A DNA stretch of 64,000 nt from Acidobacteriota bacterium (lineage in GTDB: Bacteria; Acidobacteriota; UBA6911), in contig OY761556.1 of assembly GCA_963664705.1 (NCBI GenBank), positions 4,064,001 to 4,128,000 on the forward strand, read 5' to 3'. The notes below the pieces were generated by a model. The model was not told the origin of the DNA. It did no database searches and worked only from the letters and a program-made list of their open reading frames with translations. The translations under genes were made by a program, and so were the position numbers. Below, piece by piece: positions 9,729 to 19,129 of this stretch. Position 1 is the stretch's first letter, and the number at the start of each line of letters is the position of its first letter.

Positions 9729-11085
9729 TCTGGAATTCAGATTTCCTCTGATCTATCCTCCGCGTCATCCTTGAATAGATAAACAGCGCGACTGCCGACA
9801 CCAGCCCGATTGCGGCAAAGTAATACCAGATGTAATTGGCATGGGCATATGCCGTAGCCATCTGTTCCGGAATTACTGTTTTCGGATCGGGGCAATATTT
9901 TGTCAAAAGATACCCGGAGAGTCCAAAACCGAGGAAATTGGCAATAAAGGAGTGCAAATGCCCGAATCCCAGATACAAGCCTTCCTCGCCGCTGGGAGCC
10001 TGCTTGGAAAAAAACTCGAGGTAACGTGGAGAGATGAAGCACTCTGCCAACCCCTGGAGAATAATACCGGCAATAAGCGTCACTGTAATTGGATGCGCGG
10101 CGATACCGAACGGAAGCAACACAGGAGACCCCAGTTTCGCTTCCAGCAACGGACTCGACGCCATGCAGAGCGCAGAAAATGGCATCAGGCACATGCCAAT
10201 ATTCATCGCTGTAACAGCGGCGGATTTTTTCATGAGTTGCGTAATCACCACAACACAGAGTACGACCACCGCCGGATTGACATTTGCAATCCACTCCGGG
10301 GAGGCGTCCCTCCCGACCAGTCGGATTACGTATTTGGGCATGGTTGCGTACATCTGATGCTGGATCATCCAGAACCCGGACACAATCAGAATCAGTGTTA
10401 CGAGTCGAGGATTGCGCAGGACCCGGAGCAGGCTGGTCCAGACCTCCTTCAACCTCTTCCCTTCCCCTTCGGCGCTGACGTTCCGGTAAAAGAGAAAGAC
10501 AACCAGTACGGCAATAAAACACAGGATTGCGGAAAAGTAGTTGATGGATTCCAGCCCCAGGTTAAGTCTCAGCGGATAGGCCATGGATTTGCCCGAAAAG
10601 GATCCCACATTGACGATGCCATAAAATATGGAGTACGCCCGTGCGCGCTGGTCTGGAGTGGAAGTCTTGGCAACGGTCCCCGTGATAAGCCCCTTTATGA
10701 AGGATCCCCCGATGATGAGAATCACGATTGACGGAACAACCGTCAATTTGTGGGGAATGGCACCGAGCGCAAAGAAACCGAGAGAAAGCAGGCTAAAAGC
10801 GATGAGCATCGCGCGGCGAAACCCGAGCTTATCTGCAAACGCTCCCGTAAACGGCGGCAGGAAATAGACACCGGCCGAGTAAAATCCGGAGAGCCAGGCG
10901 GCCTCGACATCATTGAAACCGACAACATTTGAGAGGTACAGCGTAAAAGTGATGAAGACAGCATAAAACGAGGCCCGTTCCAGCAGCTCGACGGTATTGG
11001 CTATCCAAAAGGCTGCCGGAAAATCCCACGATATTTTTCCGTCCACTTCGTTCCTTTCATTGGCAATAGGGTCCGGATCCTGCAC
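9724..11085 (-). CDS. MFS transporter, POT/PTR peptide-transporter-like
   Basis: ELLERASFY (ExxERxxFY motif), GAFADKLGFRR, AYSIFYGIVNVGS; about 12 hydrophobic segments. Confidence 0.85.
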   Translation of the reverse strand: MQDPDPIANERNEVDGKISWDFPAAFWIANTVELLERASFYAVFITFTLYLSNVVGFNDVEAAWLSGFYSAGVYFLPPFTGAFADKLGFRRAMLIAFSLLSLGFFALGAIPHKLTVVPSIVILIIGGSFIKGLITGTVAKTSTPDQRARAYSIFYGIVNVGSFSGKSMAYPLRLNLGLESINYFSAILCFIAVLVVFLFYRNVSAEGEGKRLKEVWTSLLRVLRNPRLVTLILIVSGFWMIQHQMYATMPKYVIRLVGRDASPEWIANVNPAVVVLCVVVITQLMKKSAAVTAMNIGMCLMPFSALCMASSPLLEAKLGSPVLLPFGIAAHPITVTLIAGIILQGLAECFISPRYLEFFSKQAPSGEEGLYLGFGHLHSFIANFLGFGLSGYLLTKYCPDPKTVIPEQMATAYAHANYIWYYFAAIGLVSAVALFIYSRMTRRIDQRKSEFQN

Positions 11086-11148
11086 AATAAGGTCACGTGC
11101 GTTGATTTCCTACAATAGTGTATTTGGAAAGGGAAAGGTACCGCTGCT

Positions 11149-11487
11149 GTGAAGGAAAATTCTCCCAATAACCCCGTACGAGGACCCGAAAGACTTTTCC
11201 CGTTCGTAAGAAGGGCCCGCATCCTGATTGTCGGACGCGACAATCTTGCGCGCAGTCGAAGCAAACTGCACTTCCTGCTGATCACCGTCGATCTGTCCGA
11301 ATCCAGTCGTTCGGAAATACTCTCTCAATTTGCCCACTATCCCATCGTGCAGCATTACCGCATGGAAGACCTGCAGTCATTTTTTGGGTTGAAGGGCACC
11401 AAGGTGATTGGATTCGCCAAATCCGAGCTTGCACAATCCATTTACGCCGCGTTAAAGCAACACCGCATCAACACAGGCCCCAACTAA
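11149..11487 (+). CDS. L7Ae/L30e (YlxQ-like) RNA-binding family protein
   Basis: RRARILIVGRD, FLLITVDLSESS, EDLQSFFG..TKVIGF..SELAQSI follow the L7Ae pattern. Confidence 0.6.
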   Translation: MKENSPNNPVRGPERLFPFVRRARILIVGRDNLARSRSKLHFLLITVDLSESSRSEILSQFAHYPIVQHYRMEDLQSFFGLKGTKVIGFAKSELAQSIYAALKQHRINTGPN

Positions 11488-11637
11488 CCGGCTGGAATCC
11501 CGCCAGCCTGATTAAACGAATTCCTCACAATTCCCTCACAACTTCCCTCCAACGCTATTCGTCTATGAGAGTGAAAAGAGCGGGAACACCGAAACCCAGG
11601 GGGGAATTGGGTAACCGCCGGACCAACTGGAGGAGCC

Positions 11638-12054
11638 ATGAGAAAGAATTCGATCATTTTGTGTGTTGTTGCCATCTGCACTCTTTTTTCGAGCTTTGCA
11701 CTTGCCGGCACAGGAACCACCATGCGCGTCAATGTCCCCTTTGAATTCTACGCAGGAGACCAGCCGCTGCCGGCCGGCGAATATGTCTTCCAGATGAAAT
11801 CGGGTGCCGCCGCCCAGGGATCCCTGGTTGCAATCCATTCTAAAAACGGAGGGGCGATCTGCCTGCTGGCCACACGACCGGGCACTGATTTTGAAGAGGG
11901 GCAGCTTCGTTTCAACAAATATGGAAATAAACACTTTCTGACAAGCATTTCCATCCATGGGACTAACGCAGAAGTCCCGACAATAAGGCTCGAAAAGGAA
12001 CTGAGAGCCCAGGATGAACGAGATCACCAGGTTCAAACCATTGCCCAACGATAG
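11638..12054 (+). CDS. Secreted hypothetical protein (small family common in Acidobacteria)
   Basis: Signal peptide; VNVPFEF..G..LPAGEY and LRFNKYGNKHFL; GGAGGAG RBS. Confidence 0.75.
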   Translation: MRKNSIILCVVAICTLFSSFALAGTGTTMRVNVPFEFYAGDQPLPAGEYVFQMKSGAAAQGSLVAIHSKNGGAICLLATRPGTDFEEGQLRFNKYGNKHFLTSISIHGTNAEVPTIRLEKELRAQDERDHQVQTIAQR

Positions 12055-12068
12055 GCTGACAGGCCGGC

Positions 12069-12115
12069 AAAAAAAAAGGCCGGGAATAGCGATTCTGAAC
12101 TGTTCCCGGCCTTTT
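12069..12115. terminator. Bidirectional intrinsic terminator
   Basis: A9-GGCCGGGAATAG...CTGTTCCCGGCC-TTTT between convergent genes. Confidence 0.8.
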
Positions 12116-12166
12116 CAACACTACCTTTTTGCAACTTATACACTTATTCCATACATTATTGTACGA

Positions 12167-12556
12167 TCATCCCTTTGGCGCTTTTTCGCCCCGCCGGACA
12201 TCGATATCATCGGGATACATCAGTGCCTCCCTGCCGCGCTCTCCCGTTCGGATTCGGACAACATCCTCTACAGGATAGACAAAAATCAAACCATCCCCTT
12301 CCTTCCCTGTTCGCGCGGCACCAGTAATGGTCTCAATGGCCTTTTCCACGTTGTGATCGCTCAAAATGACATTAACCTGCATTTTAGGCAGCAGATCCAT
12401 GTGGTAGGACGTTCCTCTCCAGGAAAGCTCTACACCACCCTGGCGGCCGTGACCACGCACCTCGAAAACATTCATCCCCACGATACCGATTGCCTGAAGC
12501 GCGTTTTTCACAGCATCCAGGGCTTCTTCCCTTATGAAAATTTCAAGTTTTTTCAT
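12167..12556 (-). CDS. glnK: P-II nitrogen regulatory protein
   Basis: GHGRQGG..WRGTSY.MDLLPK T-loop, TGKEGDGLIF, RIRTGERG. Directly follows amt. Confidence 0.93.
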   Translation of the reverse strand: MKKLEIFIREEALDAVKNALQAIGIVGMNVFEVRGHGRQGGVELSWRGTSYHMDLLPKMQVNVILSDHNVEKAIETITGAARTGKEGDGLIFVYPVEDVVRIRTGERGREALMYPDDIDVRRGEKAPKG

Positions 12557-12557
12557 T

Positions 12558-14129
12558 TTATACCCCCTTCATAGTGGCTGCGATCTTGGCCATGGAATGC
12601 TTCGAAGGCATTTGACGAGCCAGGGTTCCATGTGGCATCACCACATCGACGTTGGTATAGCCCGGCATGCCCATTTCCGGCAGATCGAGACCAGTCAATT
12701 CATCCGCCGGGTTCGATCGGAGCAACTTGACGGCATTCAGCAATTTGAAGAACACATACGAAAGACCTGCAACCACCACAAAGATGGATACCGCCTCGAA
12801 CGCTTGCGCCACAATTTGCGTAGAACCGCCGTACAGAAGACCGGTAACCGGGGTGGAGACTCCATTCCATCCTGCTGAATTGGGATTCCCGTTTGCGAAA
12901 ATACCAACGGACAAGACTCCCCAGCATCCGTTGGCAAAGTGCACGGGCACTGCTCCAACCGGGTCATCAATATGCATTTTTTCCAGCGCAAAGGTTACCA
13001 GGCAGACCAGGACACCAGAAATAAGCCCGATCACCACAGCTGCCTTGGATGAAACGAATGCGCAGGGCGCAGTAATCGCTACAAGGCCTGCAAGAATACC
13101 GTTGACCGAAAGGCCCGGATCGGGCTTTTTGGTCGGACCAAACCACCACATGTAAAGCATGGAGGATACGCCACCGGCCGCGCCTGCGAGGAGTGTGTTG
13201 ACAGCAGCCAGAACAGCCAATTCTCTCCCTGTTCCAAGAAATGCCAGCGAGGATCCGGGATTGAACCCAAACCATCCAAAGAACAATATGATTGTTCCCA
13301 GAACGCCCATCGGAATATTGTGGCCCGGCATGGCATTTGCAGATCCATCCTTATTAAATCGCCCAATACGTGGCCCGATAGCAATGGCCCCCGCGAGAGC
13401 GATGGAGCCGCCGATCATATGGACAACGCCCGACCCGGCAAAATCGACCGCTCCATTTCCAAATCCCATGGATCGTCCGATGTTTTGCAGCCAGCCGCCA
13501 CCCCACACCCAATTGCCGACAATGGGATAGATAATCATACTGACCCATAAACTCATCAGGACAAAACCACTGAACTTCATCCGCTCAGCCATTGACCCTG
13601 TGGGGATCGTTGCCGCGGTATCCATAAAAACCATTTGAAAAAGGAAGAATGCCAGGATGCCACCGGTTGACAAAGTAAGGGCAAAGCCGCACCCTCCAAT
13701 TATCCCATGCTGTCCAAAATGCAGCAGTGGCGTGGCAAGATACCCTGTCCAATCCCCAAGCGTCGTGGGAGAGTGAGCCCACTCAGCCAATCCGCGTATT
13801 GCCGGCCATGTATGGTTGACCGCTCCAAATTGCAGTCCAAATCCCAGCAGCCAATAGCCAACGGCGCCAATACAAAAAACCATCATATTCATCATCATGG
13901 TGTGGGAGACATTCTTCGCCCGCGTAAAGCCGGTTTCCACCAGGGCAAAGCCGGCCTGCATAAAAAATACGAGAAATCCCGCAAGAAGCATCCACATAAT
14001 ATTTATGCTGTCACCCAAATCCTTGTTGGTCGGGCCGTTACTCTGGGCCGAGGCGATCCCGCACACAACCAGCAGGAAAACCACAGTCCCAAAGGGAACG
14101 GCCAATCGCCTCACAACCCGCTTCAACAT
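12558..14129 (-). CDS. amtB: Ammonium transporter
   Basis: FFMQAGFALVE, DFAGSGVVH, WFGFNPGS, DDPVGAVPVH. Confidence 0.95.
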   Translation of the reverse strand: MLKRVVRRLAVPFGTVVFLLVVCGIASAQSNGPTNKDLGDSINIMWMLLAGFLVFFMQAGFALVETGFTRAKNVSHTMMMNMMVFCIGAVGYWLLGFGLQFGAVNHTWPAIRGLAEWAHSPTTLGDWTGYLATPLLHFGQHGIIGGCGFALTLSTGGILAFFLFQMVFMDTAATIPTGSMAERMKFSGFVLMSLWVSMIIYPIVGNWVWGGGWLQNIGRSMGFGNGAVDFAGSGVVHMIGGSIALAGAIAIGPRIGRFNKDGSANAMPGHNIPMGVLGTIILFFGWFGFNPGSSLAFLGTGRELAVLAAVNTLLAGAAGGVSSMLYMWWFGPTKKPDPGLSVNGILAGLVAITAPCAFVSSKAAVVIGLISGVLVCLVTFALEKMHIDDPVGAVPVHFANGCWGVLSVGIFANGNPNSAGWNGVSTPVTGLLYGGSTQIVAQAFEAVSIFVVVAGLSYVFFKLLNAVKLLRSNPADELTGLDLPEMGMPGYTNVDVVMPHGTLARQMPSKHSMAKIAATMKGV

Positions 14130-14181
14130 ATGATCATCTCCTCAAAGAAATTTGATCCAATGTAAACACGCAAATACCTAT

Positions 14182-14197
14182 TGCAAACCGCGTGCCA
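14182..14197 (-). promoter_or_regulatory. Sigma54 (-24/-12) promoter of amt-glnK
   Basis: Minus strand TGGCACGCGGTTTGCA matches TGGCAC-N5-TTGCA, about 50 bp upstream of the amt ATG. Confidence 0.88.
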
Positions 14198-14516
14198 ATT
14201 TCGGCGCAAGCAATCACTTTTGCGATACCCTTCCCATAACTATCTATTTTCCAAATTGTTAGGCGGATTGACTGACTTCAGTGCGATGAAAGTCCGCTAC
14301 CGATATTCCTACATATTCTGCAATACAGGCCATACTTGATACATTTTTGTATGATCAAAGAGTCCATAAACCATGAAGGATTCCGAATTTATGCGCCGTA
14401 TCGGATTACATTCACCTAATACAAACAGTTCATCACCAATCCTTGCCGTTGATATCTCCTTCATCGCCGGAAAAGTTTCTAGTGTGATCCACGCCTTTCC
14501 ATGGCATAAGTAGAGC

Positions 14517-15020
14517 ATGGATATGATGCGAGTATTTATTCATGGATTGGAAAGCACCGGCCACGGAACTAAAGGCGTGTTTTTTCGCCAGCGTTATCCC
14601 GACATGATCATCGAGAATTTCGAAGGTCCCTTCTCCCAGCGAATGGAGAAGTTAAACGAGCTTCTTGCAGGGAAAGACAACCTCATCCTGGTTGGATCCA
14701 GCTACGGAGGGCTTATGGCCGCCGTTTATGCATGCCAGAATGAAGGCCGGGTCAAAAAGCTGGTCCTCCTCGCACCGGCGCTGCACCTGGATTCCTACGA
14801 GCCCTTCCTCGGGAAAACCCTTCAAATCCCAATTGTCATTTTCCACGGTCTCCAGGATGACGTGGTCCCGCTGGAAGCGGTTCGAAACGTTGCAGGGCGG
14901 CTGTATTCCAACCACACGTTCAATGCTGTCGACGATGATCATTCGCTTCACGAAACATTTACCACCTACGATTGGGACAAGCTCCTGGAGATAGGACAAA
15001 CATGCCCGAAGGTTTCTTAG
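14517..15020 (+). CDS. Alpha/beta hydrolase (YqiA-like esterase)
   Basis: FIHGLES, nucleophile elbow GSSYGG, HGLQDDVVP, DDDH. Confidence 0.88.
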   Translation: MDMMRVFIHGLESTGHGTKGVFFRQRYPDMIIENFEGPFSQRMEKLNELLAGKDNLILVGSSYGGLMAAVYACQNEGRVKKLVLLAPALHLDSYEPFLGKTLQIPIVIFHGLQDDVVPLEAVRNVAGRLYSNHTFNAVDDDHSLHETFTTYDWDKLLEIGQTCPKVS

Positions 15021-15823
15021 CATCCGTGAATCCGCCCGACCCGTTGCCATCCCGATCTAATTGGTTCCTCTTTTCCGGATACCGTCTGCTGGTGAGAACC
15101 GATGGCAATGGGGCCACAGTTCCGCTTACCGACAAGCTGGAAGATCTCGGCACCACAGTAGACATTCCGCTATGCATCGGTACCTTCAAGGGCGCACCCT
15201 GTTTTGCCGCGGAATTGAGAGATGCGGACAACCCTCCCCAAGGACTCCTGCTCGAAGATCTTCGCACACTCTTTGGTCGTATTGAGGACGATCTGTATAC
15301 GGCTGCGCTGACCGCAATCCACCTGATCGAATGGGACAGAAACTCCCGGTTCTGCGGCAAATGCGGGCGGACGCTGACACCGCGAACGGATGTACGCGCC
15401 AAGGAATGCAAGGGATGCAATCGACTGGAATTCCCTCGGCTTTCCCCGGCAATTATCGTTCTTATCGAAAGGGACGACACTTTGCTCCTCGCCCGGTCCG
15501 CCAGATTCCCTGCCGCATTCTTCAGCGTTCTCGCCGGATTCATTGAACCTGGAGAAAGCATGGAGGCCGCAGTGCACCGCGAAGTCATGGAGGAAACCGG
15601 GATCGCCGTGAGGAACATACGGTATTTCGGAAGCCAGCCCTGGCCCTACCCGGACAGCCTGATGATCGGATTCACGGCTCAATACGAGTCGGGAGAAATC
15701 AAAATCGACGGAGAGGAGATTGTCGAAGCCGGATGGTACAGGGTCGATAACATGCCTCAACTACCGGGCAAGGTCAGTATTGCCCGGCAGCTGATTGACT
15801 CCTTCATTGAAAAGCATTCCTGA
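15002..15823 (+). CDS. nudC: NAD(+) diphosphatase / NAD-cap hydrolase
   Basis: Zn ribbon FCGKCG..CKGC, Nudix box GFIEPGESMEAAVHREVMEETG, SQPWPYPDSLM. Start placed at ATG 15002. Confidence 0.93.
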   Translation: MPEGFLASVNPPDPLPSRSNWFLFSGYRLLVRTDGNGATVPLTDKLEDLGTTVDIPLCIGTFKGAPCFAAELRDADNPPQGLLLEDLRTLFGRIEDDLYTAALTAIHLIEWDRNSRFCGKCGRTLTPRTDVRAKECKGCNRLEFPRLSPAIIVLIERDDTLLLARSARFPAAFFSVLAGFIEPGESMEAAVHREVMEETGIAVRNIRYFGSQPWPYPDSLMIGFTAQYESGEIKIDGEEIVEAGWYRVDNMPQLPGKVSIARQLIDSFIEKHS

Positions 15824-15892
15824 CTCGCTTAGACAACAAAACGCTTCATGCGCTCCCGGCGGTCTCCCGGCTGCTTTCCGGTCAAGCCAACG

Positions 15893-16900
15893 TCATGAGG
15901 GTTCGTGGAGCCCGGAGAGTCTGGGGCTGGATTCAAGAAATCCCATGGCGGCATCGCGGGCTTCCGATACATTCTTTGCATTCAGACATCGCCGGTGGAG
16001 CTCGTGCCCGAAAAAGAAGTTGTTCGAAAAGTAGGCGGTGAATTCCTTCAGCCGCCCAATGGCGCGCTCGGGAGGCAGATCCTCCAGGATATATCGATAC
16101 AAGCGATCCCAGATTTCGGCATGGTTGATTTCCGGGACCGGATCGCCTGCGAACTCGCGAAAAATCCACGGCTTTTCGGCAACAATCCGGCCTAGCATCA
16201 AACCGGAAAGAGGCTGAAAAAAGTCAGGATTATTCGTCACATCTTTCGGAGAACGAATATCTCCATTCCCGATTATGGGGATGCGCGTCTGGGAAGCAAT
16301 CCATGGAAATTCCTTCCAGCGCGCGCGCCTTTTGAGTTTTTCGAAGGAGAAGCGGGGATGCACCGTAATCGCATGGACGCCGGAGTCCTCGAACAATTTC
16401 AATCGATCGACAAAAGGCTCCCGCCAACGTTCGGGATCATCTCCGAGCCTGCATTTCACCGTCAGCGTACCGCCATAACATGCGCGGATACGATTCATCA
16501 CCATCTTCAAACGCCCAAAATCCCGAAACAGAGCGGCGCCTGACGCCTGATGCTGAATTTCGGGCGCAGGGCATCCCAGGTTTATGTCGATGGCTGCGGG
16601 ATGCTGCGCGTCAAGCTTGGCGCAAGCCGCCTCGATATTTTCCTCCCCCGACGTACGCAACTGGTAAATCACCGGGCCTTCACAATCGCGTCGCCTGGAA
16701 AAAGGAGAGGTAGCGGGATTCTCGTGCAGGAATGCCGAGGCCGAAAGCATTTCGGTCGTCAGCGCGCCATAGCCGCCAAAATCGGACAGGAGACGGCGGA
16801 AGGCGGAATTGGTTATCCCCGCCATCGGCGCGAGAAACAATGCCGGCGCAACAATTTTGTCATTCAGGCGAATAGACTCAAAATACATTACACCTTCCAT
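15893..16900 (-). CDS. tRNA-dihydrouridine synthase family protein
   Basis: LAPMAGIT, IDINLGCP, TVKCRLG, TVHPR, IGNGDI. Confidence 0.92.
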   Translation of the reverse strand: MEGVMYFESIRLNDKIVAPALFLAPMAGITNSAFRRLLSDFGGYGALTTEMLSASAFLHENPATSPFSRRRDCEGPVIYQLRTSGEENIEAACAKLDAQHPAAIDINLGCPAPEIQHQASGAALFRDFGRLKMVMNRIRACYGGTLTVKCRLGDDPERWREPFVDRLKLFEDSGVHAITVHPRFSFEKLKRRARWKEFPWIASQTRIPIIGNGDIRSPKDVTNNPDFFQPLSGLMLGRIVAEKPWIFREFAGDPVPEINHAEIWDRLYRYILEDLPPERAIGRLKEFTAYFSNNFFFGHELHRRCLNAKNVSEARDAAMGFLESSPRLSGLHEPS

Positions 16901-17032
16901 GGGATCCTCAATGATAGCGCAATGGACGGATGGCGAAAACCATCTACTGATCCCGAACGGTCATAATAAATTCGGATTCTGGTGAGATGCCGAAGTTTCC
17001 TGTATAGTTTCGGCTGATACACGAGGATAGCG

Positions 17033-18226
17033 ATGCAGAGCAGTGCGGAAATGGCGCGGGCCGTACCCGAAGAACGGTTGTTTACGACAGCATTCATCAT
17101 GGTGATCAGCGCAAATCTGGTCAACGCGGTGGGGGCTCAGATGGCCAGTGCGATTCTGCCGGTATTTGTGGTATCGCGTGGAGGGAGCGAATTTCGCGCG
17201 GGCATCGTGACCGGCATGCTTGCTTTCACGGCTCTTCTGCTTCGCCCTTTTGTCGGCTGGCTTGCCGATACCTGGCGTCGCCGCCCGATGGTTCTGATTG
17301 GCACGGCATGCTATACCCTGGCAAATCTCACCTATGCCCTATTCGGATCCCTGCCACTGGTCCTGCTCGGCCGGGCGCTCCACGGCTTCGGTCTCTCGAA
17401 CTATTCCACCGCTTCGAGCGCATTTCTTGCCGACATCGCTCCGCCGCGCCGGCGCGCCGAGGCCATGGGCTACTATGCGATCGCAATGGATATAGGATTG
17501 CTGGGAGGACCGGCGCTCGCATTTCTCCTGGTCAAGTTTACCGGTATGCAGCACCTGTTCTTTCTGACGGCAAGCCTGGCCTGTGTAGCCTTTCTCATTT
17601 CGATTCCCGTCAAGGAGCACCGGCCGCCACGGACGGGGCCTGCACCGGCGTGGAGATTCAAGACGGGCATTGTCTCCAGACCAGCGCTCCCGGCGGCCTG
17701 GATGGCCTTCTGCCTGGGCATGGGGGTTGGGCCCATCCTTGCCTTCATCGCCATTTTCGCCCGGCACAGAGGCGTCGATAATCCCGGCCTCTTTTTCACA
17801 ATTCAGGCCCTGGCCCTCATGGCATCCCGCACCTTTTCAGGACGCCTTTCCGACCGACGCGGCCGCATCTTCGTCATTGTCCCGGGGCTGATTTGTATCT
17901 CAGCAGGACTGCTGATTCTTCCATTTGCTCACTCCCTGCTTCATCTGATGCTGTCTGCGGCGTTTATCGGCCTGGGATTCGGCAGTGCGCAACCGGCAAC
18001 CATGGCGCTGACCGTCGACCTCGTATCCAAGGATGAACGAGGCATGGCCGTCAGCACATATTACCTCGGATTTGACAGCGGCATTTCCACCGGATCCTTT
18101 GCTATCGGCGCCCTGGCCACGAATCTCGGATTCAATGCCGCCTGGGTCATAGCCGCCGGATGCGTCCTGCTCGGCATGGTCGGCCTTTTCAAAATGCCGC
18201 GTCATGCAGCCGAAATGGAAATCTGA
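17033..18226 (+). CDS. MFS transporter
   Basis: GWLADTWRRR and GRLSDRRGR motif-A repeats; 12 hydrophobic segments. Confidence 0.9.
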   Translation: MQSSAEMARAVPEERLFTTAFIMVISANLVNAVGAQMASAILPVFVVSRGGSEFRAGIVTGMLAFTALLLRPFVGWLADTWRRRPMVLIGTACYTLANLTYALFGSLPLVLLGRALHGFGLSNYSTASSAFLADIAPPRRRAEAMGYYAIAMDIGLLGGPALAFLLVKFTGMQHLFFLTASLACVAFLISIPVKEHRPPRTGPAPAWRFKTGIVSRPALPAAWMAFCLGMGVGPILAFIAIFARHRGVDNPGLFFTIQALALMASRTFSGRLSDRRGRIFVIVPGLICISAGLLILPFAHSLLHLMLSAAFIGLGFGSAQPATMALTVDLVSKDERGMAVSTYYLGFDSGISTGSFAIGALATNLGFNAAWVIAAGCVLLGMVGLFKMPRHAAEMEI

Positions 18227-18246
18227 CCTGCCCTGCATTTACTCTT

Positions 18247-18534
18247 GCCTGATGCAACATGTTATTGGTTGGCCGCTGGATTTCAATGCCAACCAACTAT
18301 CGTCGCATGCGCGACAGTCCAGGGTTCCCCAAAATCCGCTACTGCGAACACCGGCGCCTCGCTTAATGCTGCAATACAAATCATAGGGGCGGTCAGAAAA
18401 TAGACAGGGGTTCGCTGCGCTCACCCCTGGTAGAGATAACCGCGAGAAAGAGCTTCCAAGGTTCCTTGGGCAAATAACATGCAGCTTAGGCGTCTCGCCG
18501 GCAGGGGCGAGGCTGCTTCCCTGGCGCTCCCAGT
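18247..18534. repeat. Degenerate copy (A) of the TIR/REP composite repeat
   Basis: Imperfect ends GCCTGATGCAACATGTTATTGG / CAAATAACATGCAGCTTAGGC, internal hairpin CAGGGGTTCGCTGCGCTCACCCCTGG (18405-18430), and trailing GCGCTCCCAGT. Confidence 0.6.
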
Positions 18535-18614
18535 ATGAATAATTCGTGATAATAAGCGAAATTCCTGGCGTAGTATGTGCAGACGGAATCTCCGGCACAT
18601 AAGGAGTTGGTGGA

Positions 18615-19112
18615 ATGAAAAGAATCGCGCATATGCTTGTTGTGCTCTCAACATTTTTTGCGGCTTCCGCAATAGCCCAGGAAAGCAGTATCGGTTTCCA
18701 GATTTCGTACCATCACGTGGGAATCAGCGTGCCGAATCTCGAGGAATCCATTGCATGGTATAAAAAGATGCTCGGTTTCGAAGTGGTGTCCCGAATGGGC
18801 GGAGCCACCAATAACGGGATGCTGGTTGCGCTGATCGGCCGAGGCAACTGCCATATTGAATTATTCCAGGTACCCGGCGCCAAACCTCTTCCGGATTACC
18901 GCCGCGATCCTTCGGCAGATCTTCGCGTAAATGGACTCAGCCAATTTGCATTCCAGGTCGCCGATACACAGGCCGCCGTCAAAGAACTGAAATCGAAGGG
19001 AGCGGAAATAGCGATGGGGCCGGTGGACACTGCCGGCGTCGTATTTGCTTTTGTCCGCGACAACGCCGGCAACTGTTTTGAACTGATCCAGTTCAAAAAT
19101 CAGAAACAGTAA
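18615..19112 (+). CDS. VOC/glyoxalase family protein with signal peptide
   Basis: HHVGISVPNLEESIAWY, IELF, FVRDNAGNCFELIQ. Confidence 0.88.
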   Translation: MKRIAHMLVVLSTFFAASAIAQESSIGFQISYHHVGISVPNLEESIAWYKKMLGFEVVSRMGGATNNGMLVALIGRGNCHIELFQVPGAKPLPDYRRDPSADLRVNGLSQFAFQVADTQAAVKELKSKGAEIAMGPVDTAGVVFAFVRDNAGNCFELIQFKNQKQ

Positions 19113-19129
19113 GACTTCGTGGAGGATTC

